Part shown: positions 15,506 to 27,000 of the stretch, in pieces
Numbering within the stretch: the stretch's first letter is position 1
Layout of the letters: each line of letters begins with the position of its first letter
Origin: Macrostomum lignano
Lineage: Eukaryota
NCBI GenBank assembly: GCA_002269645.1
Contig: NIVC01001267.1
Location: forward strand, 200,165 to 264,164
DNA: 64,000 bases
Direction of reading: 5' to 3'
The notes under the pieces: generated by a model
The model's database searches: none
What the model was told of the DNA's origin: nothing
The model's input: only the letters and a program-made list of their open reading frames with translations
Translations under genes and position numbers: made by a program

Positions 15506-16339
15506 CCACAGCCAGGAAGACGGTAGAATCCTCGGAATTTTCCGGCGCAAATCAACAATTTGCCGGCGCACGGCGCACACTTCACTGCGCCGCGCGCATG
15601 GGCTCGGCGCATCGGCACATGGCTTGGTGCATCGGTGCATGGCTCGGCGCATGGCGCACAAGGTACGTCAATGTACGTGACAATATAATAATGAATAATA
15701 AAAAAACGTATATTAAATGTCAATCAATCAATAAAAAAACGATAGTCGATACGATAGTCGTTATTTCCAATGTTGTTTCTATTTCAAATTTCATTAATCG
15801 ACTTAACAAACTTAACGAATTTGCGCCTTTCGCGGCTTTTATTGCGTCTTTTTGCTTATATTTTGCAAATATTTTGCTTGAACTTCCATTGATACTGATT
15901 CAATTTAGATACTTAATACTTGATGGTGCTTTTTCAAGTGTATTTTTTGTAACGAAATGAATGCCGAGGACTGTCAGTTGAATTACCACGATCAGTCGAA
16001 AATGCCAAATCAGAGCCCGGCGAACTCTTACGAGCGATATTTATTATATATTAGTTACATTGAGCAATAAAACAAACTACATTATAAAACAATTATGCAA
16101 AATTATATACATACACTAAAAAGTACAGTAAATGCAGAAACAGAATACAAATATCAAATACGAATAATAAGTGAGAAATAAGTACAAAATATGTTTCCTT
16201 TTAAAATAGATATGGAGATACATTACATTTTCTCGGCACATGGCGCACAAGTAATTTTTTTTTCTCGGCGCACGCGGCGCACAACAAAAATTTTGATGGA
16301 TGTTATTCCGGCGCACACGCTGCACCTTCCTGACCATGG
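15506..16339. mobile_element. Non-autonomous TIR element (MITE), family A
   Basis: Imperfect TIRs CCACAGCCAGGAAG / CTTCCTGACCATGG, perfect 8-bp TSD CAACTAGG (15498-15505 and 16340-16347), subterminal GGCGCAC repeats. Confidence 0.85.
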
Positions 16340-17089
16340 CAACTAGGAAGCAATAAAACCAACTATCAGAAGGAAAGGATAAGGCAAAAAGTGATTAAAC
16401 TATATATAAATTGACAAAACTTGCTAATATTAGATTGATTAATTTGATTCTAATTTCATTACCTAGAAAAAAATCTTTCAAATAATATTAAAACCAATAG
16501 TCAATACATTTATTTTAAAAATCATTTAGTACAGCCTAGGCTTATACATTTGAATGTAGAAACTTTAAGTTTTGCAAAAAATGCATTTATTTTATATATG
16601 CATATATTTTTCCATTGAAAATATACAAAAACTTATCACTCAAATTTTTAAGTTTGAGTTTGAGTCTTTATAACTTTTTTATTATTCAATTAGTTTTAGG
16701 GGGCCTATATAAATGAGGCCATTGTCGCCATTTTGGAATACTATTAATGCTTTCTATTATATTTTTCAAGTATAGGCCCCTACTTATTAAAATAAAAATA
16801 ACTTTTAAAATCTCACTGGACAGCCTAATATTATAGGCTAAGGCAGTAAGGCTGAGATGCCTAGAACAAAATATATTGCAAACATTATAAATATATATAT
16901 AGGCCTATTCCTGTCTGTGAATAGGCCCTATTAAAGAAATTGGGATTTTGATAAAGAAATCTAGGAAATTGGGAAAAAATTAAAACAAAAAAATATTATA
17001 TACTTAAAATTAAAAATGAGTTGTCTAAATAAAGTTCTAGTTGTATCTAGGCCAATGCCTATGATTAAGTAGGCCTAGGCCAATGTGAT

Positions 17090-17509
17090 GGTGTAGGACC
17101 AAGACCACCACACACCAAGACCGCCACACTTGGGGGAGATAGGAGGGAGGAATTTGGCTCACCATGTTATTGGATAGGGCTGAGGAGGGGTGAGATGGGG
17201 AGAGCCAGCAAGACAAGGCCACGAGAGAGGAACTGGTAAGCAGGCTAGCCTGGCTAGGTAGGTGAGTGAGCCAGGCTCCTTGTTTTTTTCATTTAATTTG
17301 AATTGTTAAAATTGCCCTGGTTGACTTGCAATCATTTTGGGCCACTTATTCATCTTATTAGTGACCAATCTTAGGACACTTCCTCCTCATCTAACTCCAC
17401 AACCCATCATAACCAATAGCAATGCTGGAAGATTGGTAGCTTCCCCTCAATTCCAATAGTCAGTAAGAGCTGTGGCGGTCTTAGTATGTGGCGGTCTTGG
17501 TCATGCGCC
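17090..17509. mobile_element. MITE with GG-starting TIRs (Merlin-like)
   Basis: TIRs GGTGTAGGACCAAGACC / GGTCTTGGTCATGCGCC, perfect 8-bp TSD AATGTGAT. Confidence 0.85.
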
Positions 17510-17593
17510 AATGTGATAGATGAGGCCTATGGGAAAAATGGCTAAGCCCAACCAATTTTGTTCTATGTATGCACTAAAAAATGTGACAATGAC

Positions 17594-17830
17594 TAGAGTT
17601 CTGGCACTGGAACCCATTTTCTAATAGCTATGGATCCAGCAGTCTTCTGCAGGCAGTTATCTACTAATGACATCTTTGAACATTAGTTTCAAGTATCTAA
17701 TTTTGAATCTCATCATTTTTGTTTTGATCTTAGGCCTCATATATATACTGTATACTTATAAACTGCACTACTGGAATACCACTGCCGGATCCAAAGCCCT
17801 GAGAAAATGGGTTCCAGTGCTGGAACTCTA
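17594..17830. mobile_element. Short foldback/MITE with ~50-bp TIRs
   Basis: TAGAGTTCTGGCACTGGAACCCATTTTCT...GGATCCAGCAGT matches the reverse complement of ~17780-17830. No TSD seen. Confidence 0.65.
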
Positions 17831-18493
17831 GCCTTTGCCAAAAAATGCATAGGCCTAGGGCCTAGGCCTAGTCCCTAATTATTTATCCCAAAAAATTCTG
17901 TTATGCGCAGCCAAGGTGCGTGGTCCCCTCCGTCGATCTGCGACGCAACCTTTTCGATGGAGACCTAAAAAATTAAAGTGGGGACCAAGCTCAGCGCAAT
18001 TACATCAAAAAAGAACAGTCGGAACAGAGCACCTCTCCACCTCCCCTTTAGCCAGGTCTTTGGATTTTCAGCGTATGTTTATTTTATCAAAACCAGGGAA
18101 TATACTGAAAAGCTAAAGTTAAGTAGATATAAAATTATCTACATGTAGATGCTTTTCGATGGCTGACTATGCGACAATGTAGACTGTAGTGGTAAGGCAC
18201 GGCACTATTATTTTTCTAGAAATTGCCACCGATTCACAATTTTGAACATTACTGTGCATTTAAACAAACACACACGTAAGCTTACCATTTTTTTAATTAA
18301 AAAAAACGGTGTATAGTGGCATTTCACGCTTTGATTTTATTAGTTATGCTATATTCAGCTTATGAATTTCTAAGAGCAAAGACTGAATTAAGGCAGCGTA
18401 ATCTGCCACAGACATAGAGAATTTAGGTTGCAAAAATATTGAGGATGCAGCGAAACCCTTACATTCTTTACCATAAACAATTTTTTATCTCAG

Positions 18494-18992
18494 CATAGGC
18501 GTAAGAACGTTTTAAAAAGTAGGGGGGGGGGCAGGCCAGGTTCAGTGGCGGATTTAAGGGGGGGGGCAGGGCGCACGCCCCCTTCGAGTTAGATTTTTTT
18601 ATATGGAAAATGGACATTAACATGTACCGATTATTTTCAGAATCCGTCTTGTTAGCACTCATTTTATAAAGTGCCGCAGGCACTCATTTTAGCGCCGCTG
18701 GCACTCATTTTGGCGCCGCGGGCAATCATTTTAGCGCCGCAAGCACTCATTAGCGCCGCTGGCACTCATTTTGGCGCCGCAGGCAATCATTTTAGCGCCG
18801 CAAGCACTCATTAGCGCCGCTGGCACTCATTTTGGCGCCGCAGGCGCTATGTTTTGTCGCCCTGCAGCAAAATGCATTCATGCAAAGCAGCAGAAACCAA
18901 AAATAAGCAAGAAGTCTACATTTTGCATCTAAAATGTGGAGGGGCCAGATACCATTAACCCGGCCACTGGCCCCCCCGTTCCTACGCCTTAT
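18494..18992. mobile_element. hAT-like MITE carrying a 21-bp minisatellite
   Basis: TIRs CATAGGCGTAAGAACG / CGTTCCTACGCCTTAT, 8-bp TSD TATCTCAG/TGTCTCAG (1 mismatch), internal GCACTCATTTTAGCGCCGC repeats at ~18655-18845. Confidence 0.75.
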
Positions 18993-20649
18993 TGTCTCAG
19001 TTCAATAATTCATTAGCTCCTCAGCTTAAAACACTCAGCTGATTTTTACAGCATCCATCAGCCCGTCAAACGTACGAGCGTTTGGACCATTGATACTTGT
19101 TGGACCAATTAAATGTTAAAAATAAAAAGTTGGCCAGCCTTGCTACCATAGACAAAAGCTCCATTCCATTGGCAAACGTATCTTGTATTGTATTAAATTC
19201 AACGCGCGTAACTGCAAAACGCTGTATTAGACTATTAGCGGATAATTTTTAATGATTCGTTTCGATTTAGTTTTTAGCCTACAACAATTGTAGTTTAATC
19301 TGCAAAGTCGTTTTACCACTATAGGTACAGGCGAAACTTGCACAAAACCAAATGAAATAGTTTTTTTTGAATTGCACAACTTTTTGTTTTTTAATTAAGG
19401 TTTATTTATTTCTTTTGTTGAAAAATGGAAAATAAATCCAGTGAAAATAAATTCTTTCATTATATTTAACACAGAATGGAATAAAGACATGTGTATAAGC
19501 TTGAATATAAATTTTAAAAGGCATGCGTATATCTGTACTTATACATGCTACTGGTCAACTACCCATGTCAGCAATAAATACTTAAAGTTAGCATATGGTA
19601 TAGGTATAGACATTCTGTAATAAATTTGCATCGCCAAAAAGATTTGCACAATAAATAATTGAATGAAAATTAATATACTGTTTAAGCGTTGGCAAAATAA
19701 ATATACAACTCTGAAAATATATAGTAAGTGTGTAACAGAAATAAAATGAAAATACAGTTAGTGTATTCCAGATTACCACTGTACAGAGAAATTGCAACCA
19801 GTATTTTGTAGTATGCGTCCCTTGAGCAACAATTCTGCAATTTTACTTCATTCATGTCTCCAAATTATTATTTTTAAATGACAGTGAAAGGGTAGAAATG
19901 AATCACAGACACGTGTACATGCATGTAAGAAAGTGTTAAAGTCTCCAAGATGAAAAACACAAACATAGTTATTCCAGACAGTGAAAATACCAGCCACCAG
20001 AGAATTAATCAATCAAAAAAACAGCACAGGCTAACCAAAACTACTGTAAGTAGCGTACAAAAATAAAACGATTTCTTTTCACAGGAAATCTACAAAATCT
20101 GCTGAAATAGATGATTTATTTGCTTTACGAGTCGGGTCGAAAAACAGATTTGCCACAAATACTTCAAGTATCATGATTCAGATTAGTTAGTATTAAGTAA
20201 TCTTTAATTAACCTCACACAAACTGAATTAGTATAGGGGAGATTCAAAACAAGTTCATCATACAATTAAAGATAAAAATTACCGAAAAAGCATCAGAATA
20301 ATCAGACATACGCATATTGGATTGGGATAATGAAAACAAGCAGTCCGGTACCAACTGACTACTGCTGTGAGGTCCACTATATTCATTACACAAGTAGCAA
20401 ATGACGCGCATGCATACACGAAAGGCATTATCTGAATCGAAGGAAATCAAGGCTTTATTACAAAGTTTCAGACACCAAAATCTAGGCAGTAAATATTTAG
20501 CTTGTTTAGCAATACATTGGCATACGAAAATGTCTGAAAATAATTGCGTCTACACAAGAATAATTACAAGCATGTCGTTGTGATCGTTAAAATATCGTTT
20601 TAAACTTAAAAAAGCACAAAAAATAGTTTTTAGAGTTAAGAAGGCTGGC

Positions 20650-21140
20650 GGTGACCCAGCAACTGTCACTCTGGGAGGCTGGCCCAGCAACCGAGGGTCT
20701 GGGAGGCTGGCCCAGCAACCGAGGGTCTGGGAGGCTGGCCCAGCAACTGAGGGTCTGGGAGGCTGGCCCAGCAACTGAGGATCTGGGAGGCTGGCCCAGC
20801 AACTGAGGGTCTGGGAGGCTGGCCCAGCAACTGAGGATCTGGGAGGCTGGCCCAGCAACTGAGGATCTGGGAGGCTGGCCCAGCAACTGAGGGTCTGGGA
20901 GGCTGGCCCAGCAACTGAGGATCTGGAGGCTGGCCCAGCAACTGAGGATCTGGAGGCTGGCCCAGCAACTGAGGGTCTGGGAGGCTGGCCCAGCAACTGA
21001 GGATCTGGGAGGCTGGCCCAGCAACTGAGGGTCTGGGAGGCTGGCCCAGCAACTGAGGGTCTGGGAGGCTGGCCCAGCAACTGAGGGTCTGGGAGGCTGG
21101 CCCAGCAACTGAGGGTCTGGGAGGCTGGTCCAGCAACTGA
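20650..21140. repeat. 28-bp minisatellite downstream of the Rab9 stop
   Basis: Homogeneous CTGGGAGGCTGGCCCAGCAACTGAGG(A/G)T. Confidence 0.96.
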
Positions 21141-21277
21141 GAGACTTTGCAGTTTGCTGTGAAGGCAATCTACTCTGAAGTAAAGACCCCAAAACTACTA
21201 CTAACGAGTAGAGCAGACAGACAGGCCCACAGAGCCAGAGGCCCAAAAAGGTTAGGAACAATCCGGATCAGACACGG

Positions 21278-22395
21278 TCAGCAGCAGTTAAAGCCGCTCC
21301 TCTTGCCGCCGCTGCCACCAAGCTGACCGGAGGAGCTCCCGCCGTCGCCACCAGCTCGGACTCGAATCCTCCCTGTGGAAGTCGCGGTAGTTGACGAAGT
21401 TGCGGCTGCAGCCTCCGCCGTGGCCGATTCAGCTTTGGCCCGGGCCAACCACGCGGCCGCAACGTGACTGAAAGCGGCGTCAACATTGTCAGAACTTTTA
21501 GCCGAGGCAGTCAGATGCCGCATGCCGTACTGGTTGGCCCACGCATCGGCATCTTCCACTGACACTTCGGCCAATTCTACGTCGCTTTTATTGCCAACTA
21601 GTAGGAACGGGAACTTCTGCCCGTCACTTTCCAGTACGTCTGAGTAGTGAAAGAACTCCTGGCGCCACATGTCCACGTTGGTGAAGGAGCGGCGATCGTC
21701 TAGGGCATACACTAGGATGCACGCATCTGCGCCTCTGCGGCGGGTGGTTTGCGGAGTTCGCTTGATTTAAGAGCAACACCAACCCCACTCTCTGCCCTGT
21801 ACGACACCCACCCCACTCTCTGCCCTGTCCGACACCCACCCCACTCTCTGCCCTGTCCGACACCCACCCAACTCTCTGCCCTGTCCGACACCCACCCCAC
21901 TTTCTGCCCTGTTCGACATCCACCCATTCTCCGCCGTACAACACCCACCCGATTCTCTGCCCTGTCCGACAACCACCCCACTCTCTGCCCTGTCCGACAC
22001 CCACCCCACTCTCTGCCCTGTCCGACACCCACCAAACTCTCTGCCCTGTCCGACACCCACCCCACTCTCTGCCCTGTCCGACACCCACCCCACTCTCTGC
22101 CCTGTTGGGCACCCACCCCATTCTCTGCTCTGTGAAGCCCAGCTTTTAAGACAGCTAATCATTCTCACCTGTAAAATGGAGTCCGCAAAGATCGATACCT
22201 CTCCTGTCCCGCAGTGTCCCAAATCTGCAGAGTAAAATGCATACCATCAATAGTAAGCTCTTTAACTAAGAACTCAACACCGATAGTGTGCTGCGGTCGC
22301 TGATCGAAGCGCTGGTGCACGTAGCGCGTCATTAGAGACGACTTGCCGACGCCACCGTCGCCAAGTAAGATGACCTTTAGAAGCTGGGAGCGCGG
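21278..22395 (-). CDS. RAB9: Rab9-family small GTPase, exons 22395-22169 and 21734-21278; start codon not found
   Basis: [70 protein letters not shown] and a C-terminal CC prenylation motif. [10 protein letters not shown] and EF.YY/HY.D..FPF match Rab9. Confidence 0.9.
21779..22135. repeat. 28-bp minisatellite in the Rab9 intron
   Basis: Unit CGACACCCACCCCACTCTCTGCCCTGTC. Confidence 0.95.
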
Positions 22396-22494
22396 CTGTA
22401 AATATAATTTACAGGGCAGAGTATATCAATACAGGATATGTTTCCATAGAAACTAGGGACCGTGTTACTGTCGCTAAGTAGTGGACAATGAAGT

Positions 22495-23350
22495 CTCTGT
22501 AGCTCTTAAATAGGAGAAACTGACCCCTCAATAGTAGCTTTTAAATAGGACAATGACCCCTCTGTAGCTCCTAAATAGGACAATGACCCCTCTGTAGCTC
22601 TTAAATAGGACAATGACCCCTCTGTAGCTCCTAAATAGGACAATGACCCCTCTGTAGCTCTTAAATAGGACAATGATCCCCCTGTAGCTCTTAAATAGGA
22701 CAATGACCCCTCTGTAGCTCTTAAATAGGACAATGACCCCTCTGTAGCTCCTAAATAGGACAATGACCCCTCTGTAGCTCTTAAATAGGACAATGACCCC
22801 TCTGTAGCTCCTAAATAGGACAATGACCCCTCTGTAGCTCTTAAATAGGACAATGATCCCCCTGTAGCTCTTAAATAGGACAATGACCCCTCTGTAGCTC
22901 CTAAATAGGACAATGACCCCTCTGTAGCTCTTAAATAGGACAATGACCCCTCTGTAGCTCTTAAATAGGACAATGATCCCTCTGTAGCTCTTAAATAGGA
23001 CAATGATCCCTCTGTAGCTCTTAAATAGGACAATGACCCCTCTGTAGCTCCTAAATAGGACAATGACCCCTCTGTAGCTCCTAAATAGGACAATGACCCC
23101 TCTGTAGCTCCTAAATAGGACAATGACCCCTCTGTAGCTCCTAAATAGGACAATGACCCCTCTGTAGCTCTTAAATAGGACAATGACCCCTCTGTAGCTC
23201 TTAAATAGGACAATGACCCCTCTGTAGCTCTTAAATAGGACAATGACCCCTCTGTAGCTCCTAAATAGGACAATGACCCCTCTGTAGCTCTTAAATAGGA
23301 CAATGACCCCTCTGTAGCTCTTAAATAGGACAATGACCCCTTCTGTAGTT
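22495..23350. repeat. 30-bp minisatellite upstream of the Rab9 acceptor
   Basis: Unit CTCTGTAGCTC(T/C)TAAATAGGACAATGACCC. Confidence 0.97.
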
Positions 23351-24039
23351 CCCAAATGGGGAACAATGATCTCTTCTGTCGCAATACCAACAGCTAGAGC
23401 CTCCTAAACACAATGCAAACAGTAAAAAATGAGCAAGACCAATCTACAAAGCTTGCCACAGAAACGGACAAGAGACAGAGATAAACAAATTCAAGCTAGC
23501 TTTTTATTTATATATATAGTATGCAAATTTATAGATTTGTTTCGCAGTCTTGTACCAAAAAGATCTTCCTTTGCGATACAATAATTATTATAATAGTAAT
23601 TAATATTTTTTTATTAAAGAAAATAGCTGCATATACGCTCGTAAATCGAACTTAGCAAGGAAACCAATGCACTGCAGTCTGTCGTTAGTGCCGCTTACTT
23701 ATTGATCGAGTAGACTGCGCTTCCTTTTGCACTAAACTTCAACTAAAAAATGATGGCTTCAGACAAACATGACAAGATTCTGATTTGTGTTAACTAGCAA
23801 ACTTTATCGCCGCTGAATAAACAGAACCAACTAACTAATTTAGCCGCTTTAAGTTTAAGAAGAAATTTCATGAAACTAACAGTTACAAAACAAGACGGGC
23901 AGTAATACACGGGTAGATGGGTATCTACTTTGATATCTAATTATGTTAAAAAAAACTGTCACCAAGGCTAGAGGCTTTTAAAACGCAATTTAGAAACTTT
24001 TAGAAACCTTTATAACTGTCCCCGGCTGCTTTTAGGTGT

Positions 24040-27000
24040 TCTATAAAACTACAGATCTAGATGGAGGTAATGATGGATGGGCGATATGATGGTTAGGGAT
24101 GTTGGAGAGATGGGGAGATAAGGATATTGGGGAGATGGGGATATGGGGATATTAGGGAGATGGGGATACTTGGAAGATGAGGATGAGGGATATTGGGGAG
24201 ATTGGGGATATGATGGCTGGGATATGATGGCTGGGGAATATGATGGCCGGGGGATATGATGGCTAGGGGAGATGGAGGATACGATGGCTGGGGGATATGA
24301 TGGCCGGGGATATGATGGCTAGGGGAGATGGAGGATACGATGGCTGGGGGATATGATGGCCGGGGGATATGATGGCTAGGGGAGATGGAGGATACGATGG
24401 CTGGGGGATATGATGGCCGGGGGATATGATGGCTAGGGGAGATGGAGGATACGATGGCTGGGGGATATGATGGCCGGGGATATGATGGCTAGGGGAGATG
24501 GAGGATACGATGGCTGGGGATATGATGGCCGGGGGATATGATGGCTAGGAGAGATGGAGGATACGATGGCTGGGGGATATGATGACCGGGGGATATGATG
24601 GCTAGGGGAGATGGAGGATACGATGGCTGGGGGATATGACCGGGGGATATGATGGCTAGGGGAGATGGAGGATACGATGGCTGGGGGATATGATGACTGG
24701 ACTGCGCATCTAGGCTCCAGTGCATTAAGAACTGCTCAGCCTAGCTAGCTGCTTACCCAGCCCCACCCGCAGCCTCAGCCTCGGCAGCCAGAATGCTGGG
24801 CATAATCCTGGTGAACACGATGCCCATGCCTTCAATCAGGCCCAGCAGCACTGCGCCAATCAGAGCTTGAGCAACCATCGCGGCCGGTCCCTGCCGCACA
24901 GCTAGCAGAGCTCCGGTCGCGGCGCCAGACATGATGCTATTGTACGGGTCCTCTTTCTGTCGCAGGTAGATCAACGAGCACTCGGTGGTTGCAAAAGTGC
25001 CGCCCCACATTGCGAAAGCGCCACCCAAAGCCGGGGCTCGTTGGCGCACGTTGGACAGAGCCGAGATCAGGCGCATGTGCTGGCTGGATGGAGCAGTACG
25101 GTAGCCTTTGTAAAAGTACACCAGAGTGCCGCCGATAGCGCCCATTGTGTAGGCGCCGCCAAGATCAGATACAATGCGCCATGGGCTGGTTTGACAATAA
25201 TGGTTGGGGGGAGGCACAATGACTTCCACAGGCTTATATGCAATCATTTTCCAAATATCTTATTGTGGTATTACATAAGCTTATGTGGAACACAGATTCT
25301 AAAATAGCTAGATGGGCCACTCAGGCATATATACTTAGTAAAACAGCTTCCTACTTTCAGTTCAGTAGCAAAGAAGAATATAAAAGCTATTTTATAAAAA
25401 TAAAGGCAGCTGAAATGACTTTGATAAGTTTAGAAGCCCAAGCTTTCAGGCCTAAACAACTTGCTAATTGGTTCAGGCATAGTGTACATTAGCCAGTCCA
25501 CTGAAATGTACATGGCAGCTTTAGGCTGGAATTCCAAGAAAGGCAATAAAAATTGGGGAAGGGATAGTGTGAAAAGGTATGGTTGGAAGGTTTAAGCTGA
25601 GGGGTAAAGGCCAATAAATGAGCCTTGTCTTATAAAATACATTAAAATGCTTTAGTTTAACTTACTATTGAACTGAAAATAGTTTACATATAAATGTGCA
25701 AAGTGCATAGACCTTATAGTATATATGGTACTGACTAAGCATAATGGCTCAAGCACAAGCATTTGGGTGTCATGGGAACAAATGATTTATTGGGAATGGG
25801 AACAAGACAGACTTTTCTATAGCCTATAGAGGTCCAGAGATCTTGCATACTTTCCATTGCATTGTCAATTTTGAAAATTTATTACTAGAATAAAATGATT
25901 TAGATATTTAATCCAAAAAGGACAAAGCTACAAAACTAAGCTAGATTTCTTAAAATCATAAAATAAATTTATGTTTTATATATTTATAGTTATAAAGAGC
26001 AATGAGCCTAAGCTCATATTGTAGACTACTTTAATTTCATTTATTACTTTATAATAATTATGGTTAAAATTAAAGACTATTTAGTAATAGAGTATAGTCA
26101 TTAATAAATGAACTTTTATTTAGTTAACAAATGTTCTTTATTTACAAGCCATTCATGGCTGCTGAGCTGCAAATGTCTACGGACATTTACTTTGTGAGCA
26201 TAGCTTGTACTCCTATTGTATGAAAAGAGCCACAAAATATAATGAAAGAGTAAAAATTTCTATTGACATGAACTAAAAAGCTGATACTTAAAATAATTAA
26301 AGGACTGGAAATCATTTCTAAGAAAACCAACAATGACCTTTTAGGAAGACAATTGCCTTTTTTATCTAAAAACTTTCTTATATGTTACAAGTAAAATATA
26401 AACTTTTTGAAACATTTCATGCTTACTTCAAGTTCTAGTTTTCTTATTACATAAGATAAGATTTTTATAAAAAATTGCACAACTACAAAATTTTTATTAG
26501 TGCACACAGAATGTATCTATCATTTTGTACAAAAATCCTATCCTAGATTTTTGCTAGGCCCTAGTAACGAAAATGGATATAATATAATCCCTTCTTGCAG
26601 TAGCTATATCCATACCATAGTCAGGAAGGTGGCAAGTGCACGCGGGAATCAATTTATGGAAAAATCCTTGGTGCATGCCAATGTACGCCAATTTTTTAAA
26701 ACCCTTAACATGACATTTCTGTTGCACGCCAAAAATCTTGAATACCAAAAATCATGTACGCCTCATGTACGTGTGATTTGAATATTAACCATATTAGATA
26801 CTATTTTTAAATAAATTTTCTACTATGTTAAACAAAGTTTATATAAAAAAGGAAATTCGCTACAAAGAACATAGTGAGTATCAAAAACTTTTTCTTCACA
26901 TTTCAAGAAACAAATAAACTAAAAGTCTACAAGAGTCACAAAATAAGAGCATTTAAAAGTTATTGGATATTTTAATTTTAATGTAGGCTGTAGAGTGTAG

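Noticed and set aside
15598-15960. 120-aa ORF inside the MITE as a transposase fragment
   Set aside because: No DDE, zinc-finger or other recognisable motif in the frames examined.
22506-23390. 294-aa ORF upstream of Rab9 as a possible N-terminal extension
   Set aside because: It derives from the 30-bp array and ends in a stop at 22506. It is not contiguous with the Rab9 frame.
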